A stretch of DNA of 64,000 nucleotides from Geosiphon pyriformis uo1 (taxonomy: Eukaryota; Fungi; Glomeromycota). A model generated the notes under the pieces. The model did no database searches. It worked only from the letters and a program-made list of their open reading frames with translations, and was not told the origin of the DNA. Made by a program: the position numbers and the translations under genes. Position 1 is the stretch's first letter. Every line of letters begins with the position of its first letter. Where the stretch lies: assembly GCA_016748015.1 (NCBI GenBank), contig JAAOMT010000040.1, positions 620,001 through 684,000 on the forward strand, read 5' to 3'. Below, piece after piece: positions 1 through 13,278 of the stretch.

Positions 1-320
1 CTTTAATTCTGACATAATACAAAATTTTATTTTTAATTTATACCAAGATTTTTTTATTTTTTTTTTGAAAAACAATCGAATTTTTTTAACGTATAATTAA
101 TTAAAGTTATATACATATATATAGATAGATAGACATATAAATGTTTTATAATTAATAAAAAATTATAAATGTACTTATTATTTTTTGATTCTGAACCAAT
201 TAATTCTTAAATAAGGTTATTTATATTTGTACACTACAGAAATCATTGGAATTAAAAATTAATATAAATACAATAAAAAAAATTTTTTTTTTATTAAAGC
301 TAATTTGTAAAAACCCAAAA

Positions 321-346
321 ATAAATAATAATAATAAATAATAATA

Positions 347-387
<41 letters not shown>
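321..387. repeat. (TAA)n microsatellite
   Basis: Direct imperfect TAA/AATA repeats. Confidence 0.9.
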
Positions 388-388
<1 letters not shown>

Positions 389-3300
389 CCAAGATAAATT
401 TAGCTATCAATCAATTTTTTTGGATCAAAGAAAATTTATATCCAAATCTGTTATTCTGTTTGTGACTTAATATGTTGTTCAAGTATTTGTTTTTGTTATA
501 AATACATTTGTGCGCTTTAAATCAAATCAATAATTGTTTTTAGAAATATTATTTTTTATTAATTGCTCATCATAATCTAGACGAAGCGATAATTCAGGAA
601 GCACAAAATTTCATATTATTCCGCACCATTAATTTGAAATTTTATGTCACATATAAAGGATACTATAATATGTGGTCGGATTTGACAAGCCAAATTGTGA
701 AATCAAAAAACATCTATTCGACTTAAGTGTATACTCAATACTTTCTATTAAACGTATTTAAAATTATGATTTGTTTTTACTAATAGTAAATATAAATAAA
801 TAAATAATATCTACATTCCTAAAATATTAATAGTTTCGACTACTGAATTGAAGAGAAGCTAATTGAAAAATTTGAAGTATTTAAATCCAATAGAATTTTA
901 TAATAAAAAATCTAAGAAATATTAAAGTTTTTTTTTTCCAAATAAACACCGAAATTACAGCTCTAATTTGAATTATTGTGACCAAGTAAAAAATTGATCA
1001 ATTTTTTATTTTTTATTGTTTTTTACCTTTGAAAGACCAAAAATGGCAACTTTCTTTTATTTTAAATTCATCTTTAATTTTATAGGTGCGAATTTAAGAA
1101 TAAATATTTGATTAATAAATGTCATAAGGTTTCAAACCCAATTTGGTTATCGTATGATTTCAAAATCATGCGTTAAACAAAGTTTTGGTATTATGCTAGC
1201 CTTTTTAATTAATTGATTTGGTAATTCTGATCAAAGTTTCTCCCATTTTTATAAATCAATAGATCAGTAAAACAAAGTAATAAATAATTGTTTAGTACAT
1301 CTCCCATTAAAAAAGAACATCTTTTCTAAATGAATAAAAAACATTATGAGTAAATTTTTTAGGAATTTAGAATAAGAAGTTTTATTTAATTAATTAAAAA
1401 AATCGAATGACCTCGTTAACTTTAAAATTTAATAATTTTTATAGACACAATAAATATATTGATATAATTAAGTATAAATTTTTAATTGTATATATAAATT
1501 TTCATTTTTTTTTAAAAATATCTAATTGAATATTTTCAGTCTGTACATATCTCTTTATTTTGCCAAAAGAATAGATAGCTGATATGGTAAACATGATACT
1601 AAAATCACCAAATTGTAAAGTCAGAATTTTTGTTCCTTATTGCGTCATTGATAATTTGAAAATATTGACTGTTACTTCCAATCTAATCACATTTAATATT
1701 TAATCATTTAAAGCCATTAAAAATTTTATATTCACTAGTGTTTATTTATACTTTGTAATAAAAAATGATTTTATTCCATCAAGCTCCCAGTAGCAAAATT
1801 TTCGTCTTTAAATAGTTTCAAGCTCTAATAAACAAAGCTTTTTAAAGAAAAAAAAATTCGTTATTTTAAAAAATTAAAAATTAAGTGGTAAATGTTAAAA
1901 GTTTTATTGATATTTCTGACTACTAATGTGTGTCTATGTGAACCAAAATATTATTATTTAAGCTGAATTACTTTAGTTAAATCTTTTGAACAGGCAAGTG
2001 AATATGGCAATTCTTCATTCAAGAAATTTCTAATTTCCTATTTTATTATAGAGTACTAAAATTCATGCTAAAAATGATATAAGATCAATAGAATAAACTT
2101 GCTTTTTTGAAAGAAGATTATTTGTACACTTGAATTTATCTAAAGCAATCATCTTTGATAAAGTAATTTTTACAAGTTTATTATTATTATTATTATTAAG
2201 TGATTACCTAAAAGCACTATGCTTAAATTCTGTGAACAATTTTTTTAGTCAACACATGAGAGTTTCTGTTTTAAATTAGCTTTTATCTAAAAGCTTTGCT
2301 CGATATAAATTCTAATGAATAAATTAAATATTCCTCTTTGATTGGGCCCACACTTTTACATAATCAAGTTCGAATAGATTTTATTCTTGGACAAATAACT
2401 ATTTCGCATTAAGAAATAAGTGTTTTTCAATTCTAAACAAAAATATTGAAATATCGAAATATTGAACGTTTGACTTCATAAATAAATTGCAAATTTTTTT
2501 TTAATACATTAAAAAAAATAACAAACCTTTTAAGATATGTAAAATGAAAATACTAATAGTTATTTTTGAATTTTTTTTTACAAATTTGAAAAAAATTATT
2601 TTATATATAACTATTCAAAAAAATTAATAAATTAAAAAGCATTTTTTAAGTAATATTAATTTTAATTCAAAAAGTTTTAAGTACAAATAACTGTCGTGAT
2701 AATTACAAAAATTAAAGACAAAGTAAAAATAAGTATTTTGAGTTTGAAGTCAAAATAAAAACTGAAAAACTATGATATTATCAAGTATTTTAATAAAATT
2801 GAGTATGTTAATTCTGAATAATTTAGTTTAGAAATTGTTTAAGTAAAAATATTGATGAGCTTTAAATACAGCTTATAATTTTTATTGCTTTTGCAAAAGA
2901 TTTACGAAATTTTAATATTGCTTTAATAATTCAGTTGAAAAGTAAACTTTAAATTCTTACATCCCATTTAAGATTTCGAAATATTTTTTGAGTAAAAATC
3001 TTGCTTAAAGAAAATTATTTTTATATTCTTGAAATGAAGTCTAGTGAAAGAAATTCAAGTTTGGGATTAATATAAAAAGACTATTAAAATGTTATTTCTC
3101 AAAAAACGAAAATTTTACAGACCGATTAATCGCTTTTTGCCGAAAACATAAAAATTAAACTTGAAAAAGCTAATAAAGCCAGAAAATGTAATGAAAAAAG
3201 CCATAAAGAGAGCGTTCTGTCATCCAAAAGCAATCATGATACTTTGTACCTGGAATATCGTGGCATTTCATAAGGGGCGCGTTTTTTAAAAAAGATTGGT

Positions 3301-3615
3301 TATGTGTAAAACATTTTTGTATTCCCAAAAATGTGGCATTAATCAGAGATAAAAAGGCATATTTTAATCAAGTTTTTGAAAAAATGAAATGATGATAGGC
3401 TTTCTTTGATTTTAAAAGCATCATTTGATAAAATAAAAGTTATATTTTAAATCTTTTCAAAAATATGCATTATAGAAATATGCCATAAAAATATATATAT
3501 ATAAACTACTATTTATTCAACCTACATCTATCGAAAATTTTACCTCACTCTTTTAAAATCACTCACTAAAGAATTGAAATCGCATAATTTTCTTGTCTAT
3601 TTTCTCGTGCCAATA

Positions 3616-4761
3616 ATGGCTTCGAAATTTTTTAATCCTCAATTTTTAGCCACCTTAATTTGGAATTTAGTTTATATCATTACATTGTTTACCGAAATAA
3701 ATGCAGCACCAGCAAACGATAAGCTTGATGAACGTGCAGTCCCAGTTATGTCATTCATTGGAGGCTCAGAAATGTTATGCCCTGCGGCATATATGCAACA
3801 ATTTGGTAATTGTATTGGATGGAAACCTCCTTGTCCTACATGTGGTATGCAACCATTTGCTTTTGGAGTTATGCCACAACCTCTTCAACAACCCAAAGAA
3901 CCTGAGCCCAAAGAGCCTGAACTCAAAGAGCCTGAACCCAAAGAACCTGAGCCCAAAGAGCCTGAACCCAAAGAGCCTGAACCCAAAGAACCTGAACCCA
4001 AAGAACCTGAACCCAAAGAGCCTGAACCCAAAGAACCTGAACCCAAAGAGCCTGAACCCAAAGAACCTGAATCCAAAGAACCTGAACCCAAAGAACCTGA
4101 ACCCAAAGAGCCTGAACCCAAAGAGCTTGAGCCTGAAGAGCCATCTCGAACCCAAATTCCTGGAATACTTCCATTCCATATGCAACCGATATCACCTATT
4201 GGTACTTGCCCAGGATGTCATTCCGCTTGTCCACACTGTGGATTAAGACCAATTATGGTGATTCCATCACCGTCTCCCGAACCATCACCATCACCTGAGC
4301 CGGAACCATCACCCGAAGCGTCTCCGTCTCCTGAATCATCTCTATCTCCTGAACCGTCTCCATCTCCTGAAACATCTCCATCTCCCGAACCGTGTCCATC
4401 TTCCGAACTATCTCCATCTTCCGAACCGTTTCCATCTCCTGAACCATCTCCATCTCCCGAACTGTCTCCATCTCCCGAACCATGTCCGTCTCCTGAACCA
4501 TCGCCAATTCCTGAACAATCTCCATATTCCGAACCGTTTCCATCTCCCGAACCAACTCCATCTCCCGAACCTTCTCCATCTCCCGAACCGTCTCCGTGTG
4601 TCCCTCCCTGCCCCCAAACTCCCTGTCCCGACGGTATTATTGGACTAAATAATAAAGTTGTGGTGGTTGTGTCACAAGCTGAAGAAAAACAAGAGGTTCC
4701 ACAAAAAATTGGAGAAGAATATGAGCACGTTACAGGGAACGAAAGAGTAAATATTGTATAA
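3616..4761 (+). CDS. Secreted Pro/Glu/Ser-rich tandem-repeat protein with CxxC motifs (cell-wall/surface protein candidate)
   Basis: Single-exon ORF; first ATG at 3616 (track start is TTG). Hydrophobic N-terminus ending INA-AP; about 16 PKEPE units; many PSPEPS units; CPTCG and CPGCHSACPHCG motifs. GC content is well above the flanks. Confidence 0.85.
   Translation: MASKFFNPQFLATLIWNLVYIITLFTEINAAPANDKLDERAVPVMSFIGGSEMLCPAAYMQQFGNCIGWKPPCPTCGMQPFAFGVMPQPLQQPKEPEPKEPELKEPEPKEPEPKEPEPKEPEPKEPEPKEPEPKEPEPKEPEPKEPEPKEPESKEPEPKEPEPKEPEPKELEPEEPSRTQIPGILPFHMQPISPIGTCPGCHSACPHCGLRPIMVIPSPSPEPSPSPEPEPSPEASPSPESSLSPEPSPSPETSPSPEPCPSSELSPSSEPFPSPEPSPSPELSPSPEPCPSPEPSPIPEQSPYSEPFPSPEPTPSPEPSPSPEPSPCVPPCPQTPCPDGIIGLNNKVVVVVSQAEEKQEVPQKIGEEYEHVTGNERVNIV
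3892..4137 (+). repeat. 15-bp coding tandem repeat (CCCAAAGARCCTGAR; PKEPE)
   Basis: About 16 near-perfect units visible. Confidence 0.95.
4264..4596 (+). repeat. 18-bp coding tandem repeat (PSPEPS-like)
   Basis: Repeated CCATCTCCYGAACCRTCT-like units, more diverged than the 15-bp array. Confidence 0.9.
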
Positions 4762-5917
4762 AGGTTTCGGTAACACTAGGAGGTAACAATAAGAATTTAA
4801 CCAACGCGATATGATTGCTACAAATAATTGAGCTATGATTTAAGCTAATAAAAGTAATACAATATTAGTATTTAATTTTCTTATCATTTTAATGATATTT
4901 TTAGGTAAATATAATTTACTTTTTGTACAACCTAAGTATACCCTTTTAAATAAATGTTATTTACATCCAAATATTGGTGATAATCATATAGAACTTTTTC
5001 CAAAAATTTAGGCGATATATTTTTAAAAAATCTCTTGAATTTCCAATAAATTTAGCTTGAAATTGGTTTCAATACTATACTTATCAATTTAATGTAATTA
5101 GCTTTTAAACAAATTTGAAATTTTTGCCAATAATTAATGAAAACAATAAATGCAAAGTTTAATAAATAAAATAAATATTTTAAAGAAATTTGTGAAATTG
5201 TCATTAACTAATTGATGTGATCCTATTTGTTAGATTTACAATTTCACTTTCGAATTGAGATAATTTCAATTAAATTAAAATGGTCTTGAAATCTAATATT
5301 TTTATTAATAAATATTTGAGTTTATTTTGTTATTCAAATTATTGCAAAAAAAATAAATAGTGAAATAAACTAATAATGTGTGCTCAGCATTTTTACAATA
5401 CAAAAAAAAATTTCTTGATTTTCATAACTGAAACAAAAGCAAAGAGATAAAAAAACAATCCACTTTTTTATAATAATTAAGAAAGCTACAACCCAAAACA
5501 CTTTTTAATAACAAGTACAGCTAAATAAAATGGTTTGAAAGAAATAGTAGTGTTATCGGTCGGGTTTATTACAGATCTTCAGTGCATTTCTTGGATTTGC
5601 TCGATCGAGTTATTTATCACTCATTATCAAACTTTTTTTTTGCCCATTTGTTTTTCTGTGGGCTCATTGTTTGTATGTTTGCAAGAAATTAAAAAAAACC
5701 TTCCGGGTTTCATGTATATATGATGTTGATCTTTTCTTATTATTAGTTTACCGCGGAAACATACATGCCCAAACAAAATATTGCCATTGTCAAATATGAA
5801 CTAGAAACTAATTTTTTATTTGTTGAAAGGTCTTCTCCTTTTCACAGCTACCTGTTGCCTGTTGTCTTTTGAAGTTGCTTGCCGAGTCCCAATTTATGTA
5901 TATTTTCCACACCTTTT

Positions 5918-7162
5918 CTGGCGTTTCCTGTATATAAAATTTTCGTGTTTTCTTTCTTTATTATCACGAGTTCTTATGGATTATACACACCTGGGGCGCG
6001 TTTTGCACACACAGCGAATTTAATTGACTAGAAAATATATTTTCAAGGGGGGACTTTTTCAGGCAAAGAATTCTATGGGGATTTCTTTTCCGCTGATCTC
6101 GCTGGAATTTCACGTCTTCATCTGATTCATTCACGTCTATTGATAAGAATGGCACAGAAAACCCTGGAATGTCTCGGGGAAGATCTGTCACCACAAAGGA
6201 TGAGGAGATTTCAGTTTTTGGTGGTGTCAGGGTAGATCTAAGCTATAATTTTTTTTCAATTCAAGTTGAAATTGGTTATGATGTGGGCTTAACTTTTTCT
6301 AACCTTTCAAACGTTCACTACAGAAAGATGACTCGGGTAACATAACACTAGCAAAAGGCTTATTCAACATTGACCTCCCCAGCAATCGTTCTTGGAATGT
6401 CATAGATGTTTCCGGGAATACAGCTCCAGATAGCCGCCGTAACTTTCAAGCAGTGATAAATTCTGTTGACGAAATTTTTGAATTTGGTGGTTCCTCCCAA
6501 AAATCAACTCTGGCCACGCGGGGAATCTTGAGTATCACATGTATAAATATAACACAAGAAAGGATTTTTGGGTAAAGATTCGATGGGATAATCCGAAAAA
6601 TATTGACACTTCCACTTTGCCTGGGTTTGATTTTACGGCAACCTTTTTGGAGGATGATACGACAATTATATTTATTTGGGGAAGAAAGCCTAACGGAAAA
6701 TTAATGGAAATGAATCAGGTTTGCATTTGACAACAATCTTTTCTTTCCATAATAATTTATTCTTAACCTTATGTATTTGCTTAATCGATGTTTTTAGCTT
6801 TGGCTATATAACACCCGGAGAGATGAATGGTCTTCACAGGTCGGCGTGATTTTGTTTTTCGATCCAAGACTTTAAAGTTTTAAATAAATTCCTTCTATTT
6901 TATAGAATGTATCTGGTGACACTATAAAACCTCGTGCAGCTCATTCTGCAGTATTAGGTAAGCTTAAACGTTTGGAAAGAAATTAATTTATCTCAAAAAT
7001 TATCTTCAACTGAATCATTGTGTATGGTGGTATTGGTGACTCCCCATTGGATACCCAAGACAGCCTCGCGGTTTTGGATATTAGCAGTTGGACATGGTCA
7101 AATCCATCATTCAATAATAGCAATCTTCCCGTCCCATTATTCATACTGAGAGCCAGGATTTA
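5918..7162 (+). pseudogene. Kelch/galactose-oxidase-type beta-propeller pseudogene
   Basis: Reads YTPGARFAHTANLID*KIYFQGG (TAG at 6029-6031), frameshifts near 6105 and 6520, then FEFGG, TATFLEDD..IIFIWG, PRAAHSAVL, IIVYGG..LAVLDISSWTWS across GT-AG introns. Truncated and no ATG found. Homologous to the minus-strand kelch gene. Confidence 0.85.
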
Positions 7163-7419
7163 AGATTGATCGAGTGCCAGCAGATCACTTTTTTGCTTCC
7201 ACAGAACAATCAAATAGTCTCCATTAAACTTGCATAAATTTGGTTAAAAATTTAAAAAATGACAATTTATTCAAATATTCTGATAATTGAAAACAAAGAT
7301 AACGGCGCAGGAATATTTTGTGCTTGCAGGTTTCAAACCAGCAATTTAATTCAACGAGTGCTTTATTTGGGGATGAAATGGTGTAGGCTATACAAAATGA
7401 TCTAACAGCTTTAACTAAT

Positions 7420-9158
7420 TTATATAAACCTCTCCTTAGCCTCTCTATTTATCACTTGCGTAGAATGTCCGTGGCCATTAATCAAATCGGTTCGCAAATT
7501 CACGTGACGTCTGCGTCTGCGCCTAAGCATAATAAAGGCCACGACAATGCCAATAGCAACACCAATCACCACTAAGCCAATTACAATATATTTAGTTGAT
7601 AAGAGCTTTGAAGTTTGTTGAGTAGGTTGTGTCTGTACTGGGGCTGTGTCTGTGTCTGTTGGTGTTGAGTTTGAAATGGTTGGTGTCGGAAGAATTATAG
7701 CTGGTTACCCAGGTAAATGGGTCTTTGCTGATATCAAGAATCCACAAACTATTGCTACCTTTCTGATCTTTATTGTATTCACCTATTGAACATCAATATT
7801 CAATAATTTAGATTTCCCAGAATGGAAATAATATCAAGTAAGTCAGATTTATGAATCAACATACCAAAAGCTACAATCATTAAATTCTTAAATAAGGTTG
7901 CCGAAGGATATCCCGGAGTCAAAATTGGTGGATTTATAGCAGTTGGTTGTGACCATGTAAATGTCCTAGTATCGAGAATTATGAGGGCCTTTGCGGGATT
8001 AAGTGGAACTAAGGAATTGCCTCCATATATAATTATGCGATATTCATCTGGTGCTTTAGTGGATAAAAAGAATCGAGTTGAAAAGTGTAAAACTTAAGGA
8101 TCTATTATCTATTTATTATAAGAAAATAAAATTTTACCAAGAATGGCACTATGAGCTGCTCGATTTTGTATATCTGGTAGTCCTTTTGCGGTCTGTAAAT
8201 AAATTGAATTATTAGAAAATAGAGAATGAGGTTCCACTTTTTGAAAAAATTTACTTACAATGGTACGCCAAGGTGATGAGCTTTGACCATCATTTATGTC
8301 ATATATTAGAATCTGTCAAAAAAACATTTTTTCTTTCAAGATTTAATTCCCGAAAGTGAAATAAATTTCAAAATCTTTCATTACTCAACTGAATTGATAT
8401 CAGCATATGTCGCATTCTTATCCCATCCTCCAATTATTACAATTTTTGAATCTTGCAACAATGTAGCTGAATAACCATATCTAGTTTCCGGTACATCTAT
8501 TGGATTATTCTGTGACCACGCATTGGTACTCGAGTCGAAAATATACATTTTTTTATCAAGGTAACCAGTTTGATTAACCTTTCCTCCCCAAATATACATT
8601 CTTCCTTTATTATCAACAATACTAGGAATGTGTGTCCGATTTATTGGACCATTTTCTTCATTTATAGACTTAACTAAAGAAAAATCTGTAGACCCCTTTG
8701 TAATGTTTATTGTGAAAAGTAGGGGATTGTCTTGCCAAAGTTTCAAGTTATAATACTACAAAATTAGTTATTTGAAGATGTTTTTGATTAATATTGAGAT
8801 TTTTTCAAAATTAAAACGAAAAAACAGTGCTTACTCTACCACCGAATAAAAGTAACTTTGCACTTCCGTTTCCACTGTTTTCTATCACGACTGATGAAAA
8901 ATATCGAAGCGGTGGAAAATTGTCTAAGCTGTCAATATTTACAAATGGTGGATTAGATGTGGTAAAGTTGACTGAGAGATCAAGATAAAAGTATTGGTTC
9001 GTTGTATTATATCCTCCTCCGAAATAGTAGATTCTATTATCTATTAAATTCGAAGTATGACCATATCTTTCTGATGGAATTATGTATGAATTGACAGATT
9101 GAGTGAAATGGGAAGCGGCTAGGACTATAAAGAGAACGTATTTTTGAAATTTTTTCAT
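7420..9158 (-). CDS. Signal-peptide kelch-repeat (GG-motif beta-propeller) protein with S/T/P stalk + TM segment; a frameshift near 7695 uncouples the TM tail
   Basis: Exons give PSERYGHTSNLIDNRIYYFGG, MYIWGG, RYGYSATLL..IVIIGG, IIIYGG, MIVAFG..LWILDISKDPFTWVTSY. The kelch frame stops at 7592-7594; the adjacent frame encodes PTPTISNSTPT..YIVIGLVVIGVAIGIVVAFIML-RRRRRR, ending at 7420. Confidence 0.85.
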
Positions 9159-9574
9159 CTTGATTATTGGAAATTTTTCTTTATGGATATTCTTCTTTTC
9201 TCAAGATAGCTTTAAAATATGAAAATAGGGACAAAGCTTTAGCAAATACAAAGGTGAGAATTTTTGCCATTCTATTTTGTGTTAAATGCACAAGATTTAT
9301 TTCAAGAAAAATTTAGCGTACAAGGCTTGCGAAGGAAACACGAAAGTTACATTATAGATGTATTTCCTTCATTGTGTATGTAATGGGTAGGACACAGATC
9401 CCTGCATTAGGAATTGTGACATTTTTAATTACATGTATTTGAAATTGGCAATATCTCAAGACTCAAAAAGAACATTCTATAGTGGAATGCTTAAAAATTC
9501 GAATTTCTAAAATCATTCCATATTATTTTGCTTCTATCACACATAACTAATCCTTTTTTGGCATCCTCATTTTA

Positions 9575-10267
9575 CAGCTGGTACTTGTTTCTTTCGTCAG
9601 GCCGGAGTACTCGTCGCCAGTCATCAACCATGAAATTTCGATATTTTTTTGCCTAAGCGACTCGGCGTTTTTTGTACGTAGGTGAACACCGTAGTTTTTT
9701 GCGTTTAATAATTCATGCTGCCGGAGTATAAGCCACTAATAAATGTTGTTGGACTTCAACGGTGGCGAATCATTTTCGGAATGTTATCAGTCGGCCAGCG
9801 CTGTATTCATAATGATCGTGGGCAATCAGGTTTTGGTGTGCCATTGAGGCTCCTGGTTTCTTTTTTATTTTTACAGATGCTTAAGATCGAAGCAACGGCT
9901 ACCTGCTCTATTGCAGCGATTTCGCAGATTGAATATGTTTCTTCTTGTAGTCTATATATTCGCTTGCGTTTTTCTTGTGGAAATCGAGGCATTGAAATAG
10001 AAAGTGTTGATTAACAATGTTGCGTGAGATGAAAAATAATATTTTGTTTATAATCAATGAAGTATTAAAGCATCTATATTTATCTTTAGATCCTTTCGTT
10101 TGCTATAATCAACTGAACGCGGTAAAAATTTTGAATAGCAAAATCGTTAATTTTAGTCTAACTGTTTAGAGAAAAAGAAATAAAAACTACGTTGAATGTC
10201 ATTTATTTATTTTAGCGTGTAATTTTTCGCCATTTTTTTTGTCTTCAGTTTCTTTTGTGAGAAGCTG
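9575..10267 (-). mobile_element. Tc1/mariner (Tc1-type) transposon relic, 3'-truncated
   Basis: N-terminal HTH-like ORF 9807-9992 (..EIAAIEQVAVASI..KETRSL..PKPDCPRSL). Downstream frame reads KRKKLRCSPTYKKRRVA*AKKYRNFMVDDWRRVLRPDE, matching Tc1 'RKKP.L...HK..RL.WA......DW..VLWSDE'. Possible TA|CAG left end at 10265-10269 (unconfirmed). Confidence 0.8.
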
Positions 10268-12819
10268 TATATCAATGAGTCCTTTATGGACATTTTCGAT
10301 TTAAAAATATTGTACAAAAATTGTGCCCATGACTACCAAGCTGCAAATTTCTTCGCCAAATAACTGAGAAAGCAATGAGTATGATAGCTAAGGACTTGAG
10401 ATTTTGTAAAAGCCACACAATAAAAAAGCAATAAAAGGTTTAAAAGTTTGAAGCCTAATTATTCAGTTTTTATTAAAATATATCAATATCCCATGTAACA
10501 AAAGATAAGTCACAGAAACCGTGAACGGACTTATGGACCATATTTCATTTTATAGTTGTTGAAACTTTTTTATGACTATTTTACATATTTTCTTCGATTA
10601 AATTAACATTAAAATTTTGATTCACATACTATGAAATCCTATTTTTGGAGTTTCACTCTTTAAATTGCTAATCTTTTACAGGAGCGAGATTTTTGAAAAT
10701 ATTTTTATCATATTTACCTTTGGTTTTTTTAATTGTTATTTAGGTGAAATTTCCCAATTCGAATTTTATTAACCCTTTAAAAAATTTTCAAAATCCAATG
10801 GTTTGAATTTTTCACTTAAATTTTTTAAAAAAAATTTCAGACCTTTTTAATTGCAATAAAAAAAAAGTTTTAAGATTTTTATGTGTGTTTATAAGCTTTT
10901 TATGACCACTTAAAATTTTAAAGCTAAAATAGTATAAAGAAAAAAATAAAAAAATGATTTGAAAATAGTTTTGCAATATGTAAAAAAAAATTTCAAATAT
11001 TTTATTAAGTCACTCAAATCTTCACATATTAACAAAGTTTTTAGCTTTTGACAAAATAAAGCAGATCAATTATTATTGCTGACAAAAATTTAGTTGAAAA
11101 TATATTTTTTTATAACTTTCCTAATTCTATGTTTTAATATGGCTCTAATCTTTTGTGTCTAACACTCCCAACACTATGAAAACCAAAAAAAAAACAGTTA
11201 ATAAACTTAAGAAAATTTTGAATATCTTTTTTAATACATTTATGTTTTATATATTTTTACTTCGCATATGTGTATGGTTTAGAATGAATAAATAAATTAA
11301 TTTAGGTACAATTATAATGTTTTAAATATCAGCTTATTTAATATAATTCAGCAGTAAATATAGAAAAAGAATTAGTTAAAGTTTTATGAAAACAATTAAT
11401 AAATATGACAAAGACAAATTTTAATTTACAATAGTAATATTATTAATTTTTTAATTATTAGTAATTAATTGTTTGATTAAATAACTTAATTTTTTTCAAA
11501 AGACTTAGCTATTATTGATTCTTGCTTTCAATTTATTGCAATAATAACTTAAAATTCTATGAAATTTATTACATAAAGTCAACAACAACTAGTTTTATTA
11601 TAAGAATACATACCAAATATATACAAATTTTAAAGTCTGTATTTTTATATATTTTTGCTTTTTATTGCTTTTTAAAGCAAAAAATTATATATAACAATTA
11701 TAAGATCAATTTTATCATTCTATTTTTTGAACTATAAACTATAATCAAAATATTAGCTAATTAATAATTTGCTAGCTAGTTTTTTATATAAATTTGCAAT
11801 TATTATTAATACAAAACTCCGTATTTTTTTTCTAGAAACAATATTTTCATACTTTTAGTTATTATATTGATAAAATTATTTGAAAAAAATCTTTTAATAT
11901 CGATATTCTAATTAATTCAAGTTATAAATACTACTTACTATTTTAAACAAATGCTTAATAATAAATAATAATATAAAAAAAAGATTAAATAAAAACTTTT
12001 TATATTTGAATTAGTTATTATATTATATTTATTTTGGGATATCTTTAAAATTAAAGTACACAAATTATTATAAATTCATATTTAAGTTACCTTAATTATA
12101 CATTCTACAATGTTTGTGACAATGTTGTTTAGTTTTTTTTGAGTGCTTAAATATATTAAATATTAATCACTATTTTACAAAAATAAATTCAAAACATAAA
12201 GTAATCTTTTTTTATGTTTATTTTTTAAAAAACTACTTTTTTATTAAAGTCTGTTTTTATTCCAGTCTATTTCTTAACAATAAACAAATTCATAACTTTT
12301 GACTTTTCTTTAAACAAATTGAAAATTCCAAAATATGTTAGTTTAATAAATAAAAATTAAAATATTAGCAATTAAATACTTTAACATTGTAAATAACTGT
12401 TATATTTCAAAATTTATACATAAATTGTTCAATTTCTGCTGCATTAAAATATTTATCATAATTTTTTAAAAGTTTTTTCAATTTATTGATGGCTCGAATC
12501 AATAAATAGTCAAAGTTGTTTAAATGTAAACTGACCAAGAAAATAGGGATTTTATCGATCCATATACATATTGATAAAAAAGACATGTATGATATCCTAT
12601 TAGATAACAAACATGTAAACTGACAAATTTGGATCAATTAATATAGATAAAAAAAACCCTATTAATAAAAATTGAAATTGAAATCTATTTACAATCTGCT
12701 AAGCTGTTTAAAGTATATTTTTATTAAAAATCAAAGTTTTTTTAAAATTTTTTTAATGAATACCGCCTGTAAATTTCTTAATTAAATTTTTAAGTATCAT
12801 TTATTTTACAATGATGATG

Positions 12820-13278
12820 TTAAATAATTTGAACTCTGATATCCCTAGTATTGCAAATGTTCACTTTGTCTGGTTTTGTTGCAGCATGCCCCATGTTTTT
12901 ATCCAAAACATTTTTCTGTACTATGACTTTTTTTTTGAAATTTTCCCGTTTGTGTCCATATAGCCTAAACACCACAATCCGTTGTAACTGAACATAACGA
13001 ATTAAATCATTCGATTTTACATCGAATTGATTAGCATCCCATTTACAAACGCCATATACTTCACATTCAGTGAGAAAAGAACAAGCATAAGGCAAAACAA
13101 TTTCTTTATTTTGATTTTTGAGGATAACCTTTTGAAGGCGAAATAGCGATTGTAAGACTGGTTGCAAAGGATGAACGGTGCTTTTGAGGCTGCTATTCTT
13201 TTTCAGCTGCAGTTTGAAATCAACTTGAGGTTTTTCATCGAGTTTGGAATCTCTGTTATTAACAGTGTTTGAATTCAT
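12820..13278 (-). CDS. Hypothetical protein (152 aa, no recognised family)
   Basis: ATG-initiated 459-bp ORF in a locally GC-richer island between AT-rich tracts; no motif recognised. Confidence 0.4.
   Translation of the reverse strand: MNSNTVNNRDSKLDEKPQVDFKLQLKKNSSLKSTVHPLQPVLQSLFRLQKVILKNQNKEIVLPYACSFLTECEVYGVCKWDANQFDVKSNDLIRYVQLQRIVVFRLYGHKRENFKKKVIVQKNVLDKNMGHAATKPDKVNICNTRDIRVQII

Noticed and set aside
3892-4137. TonB-like or CRISPR-like appearance of the PKEPE array
   Set aside because: No TonB C-terminal domain, no unique spacers, eukaryotic context
3701-4617. Overlapping alternative-frame and antisense ORFs (NPKNL, FGFRL, GSLGS, WVQAL, EMETVR repeats)
   Set aside because: Shadows of stop-free tandem repeats in the 3616-4761 gene; only that frame has a signal peptide and coherent flanks
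9715-10014. 99-aa plus-strand ORF
   Set aside because: Antisense to the Tc1 transposase relic
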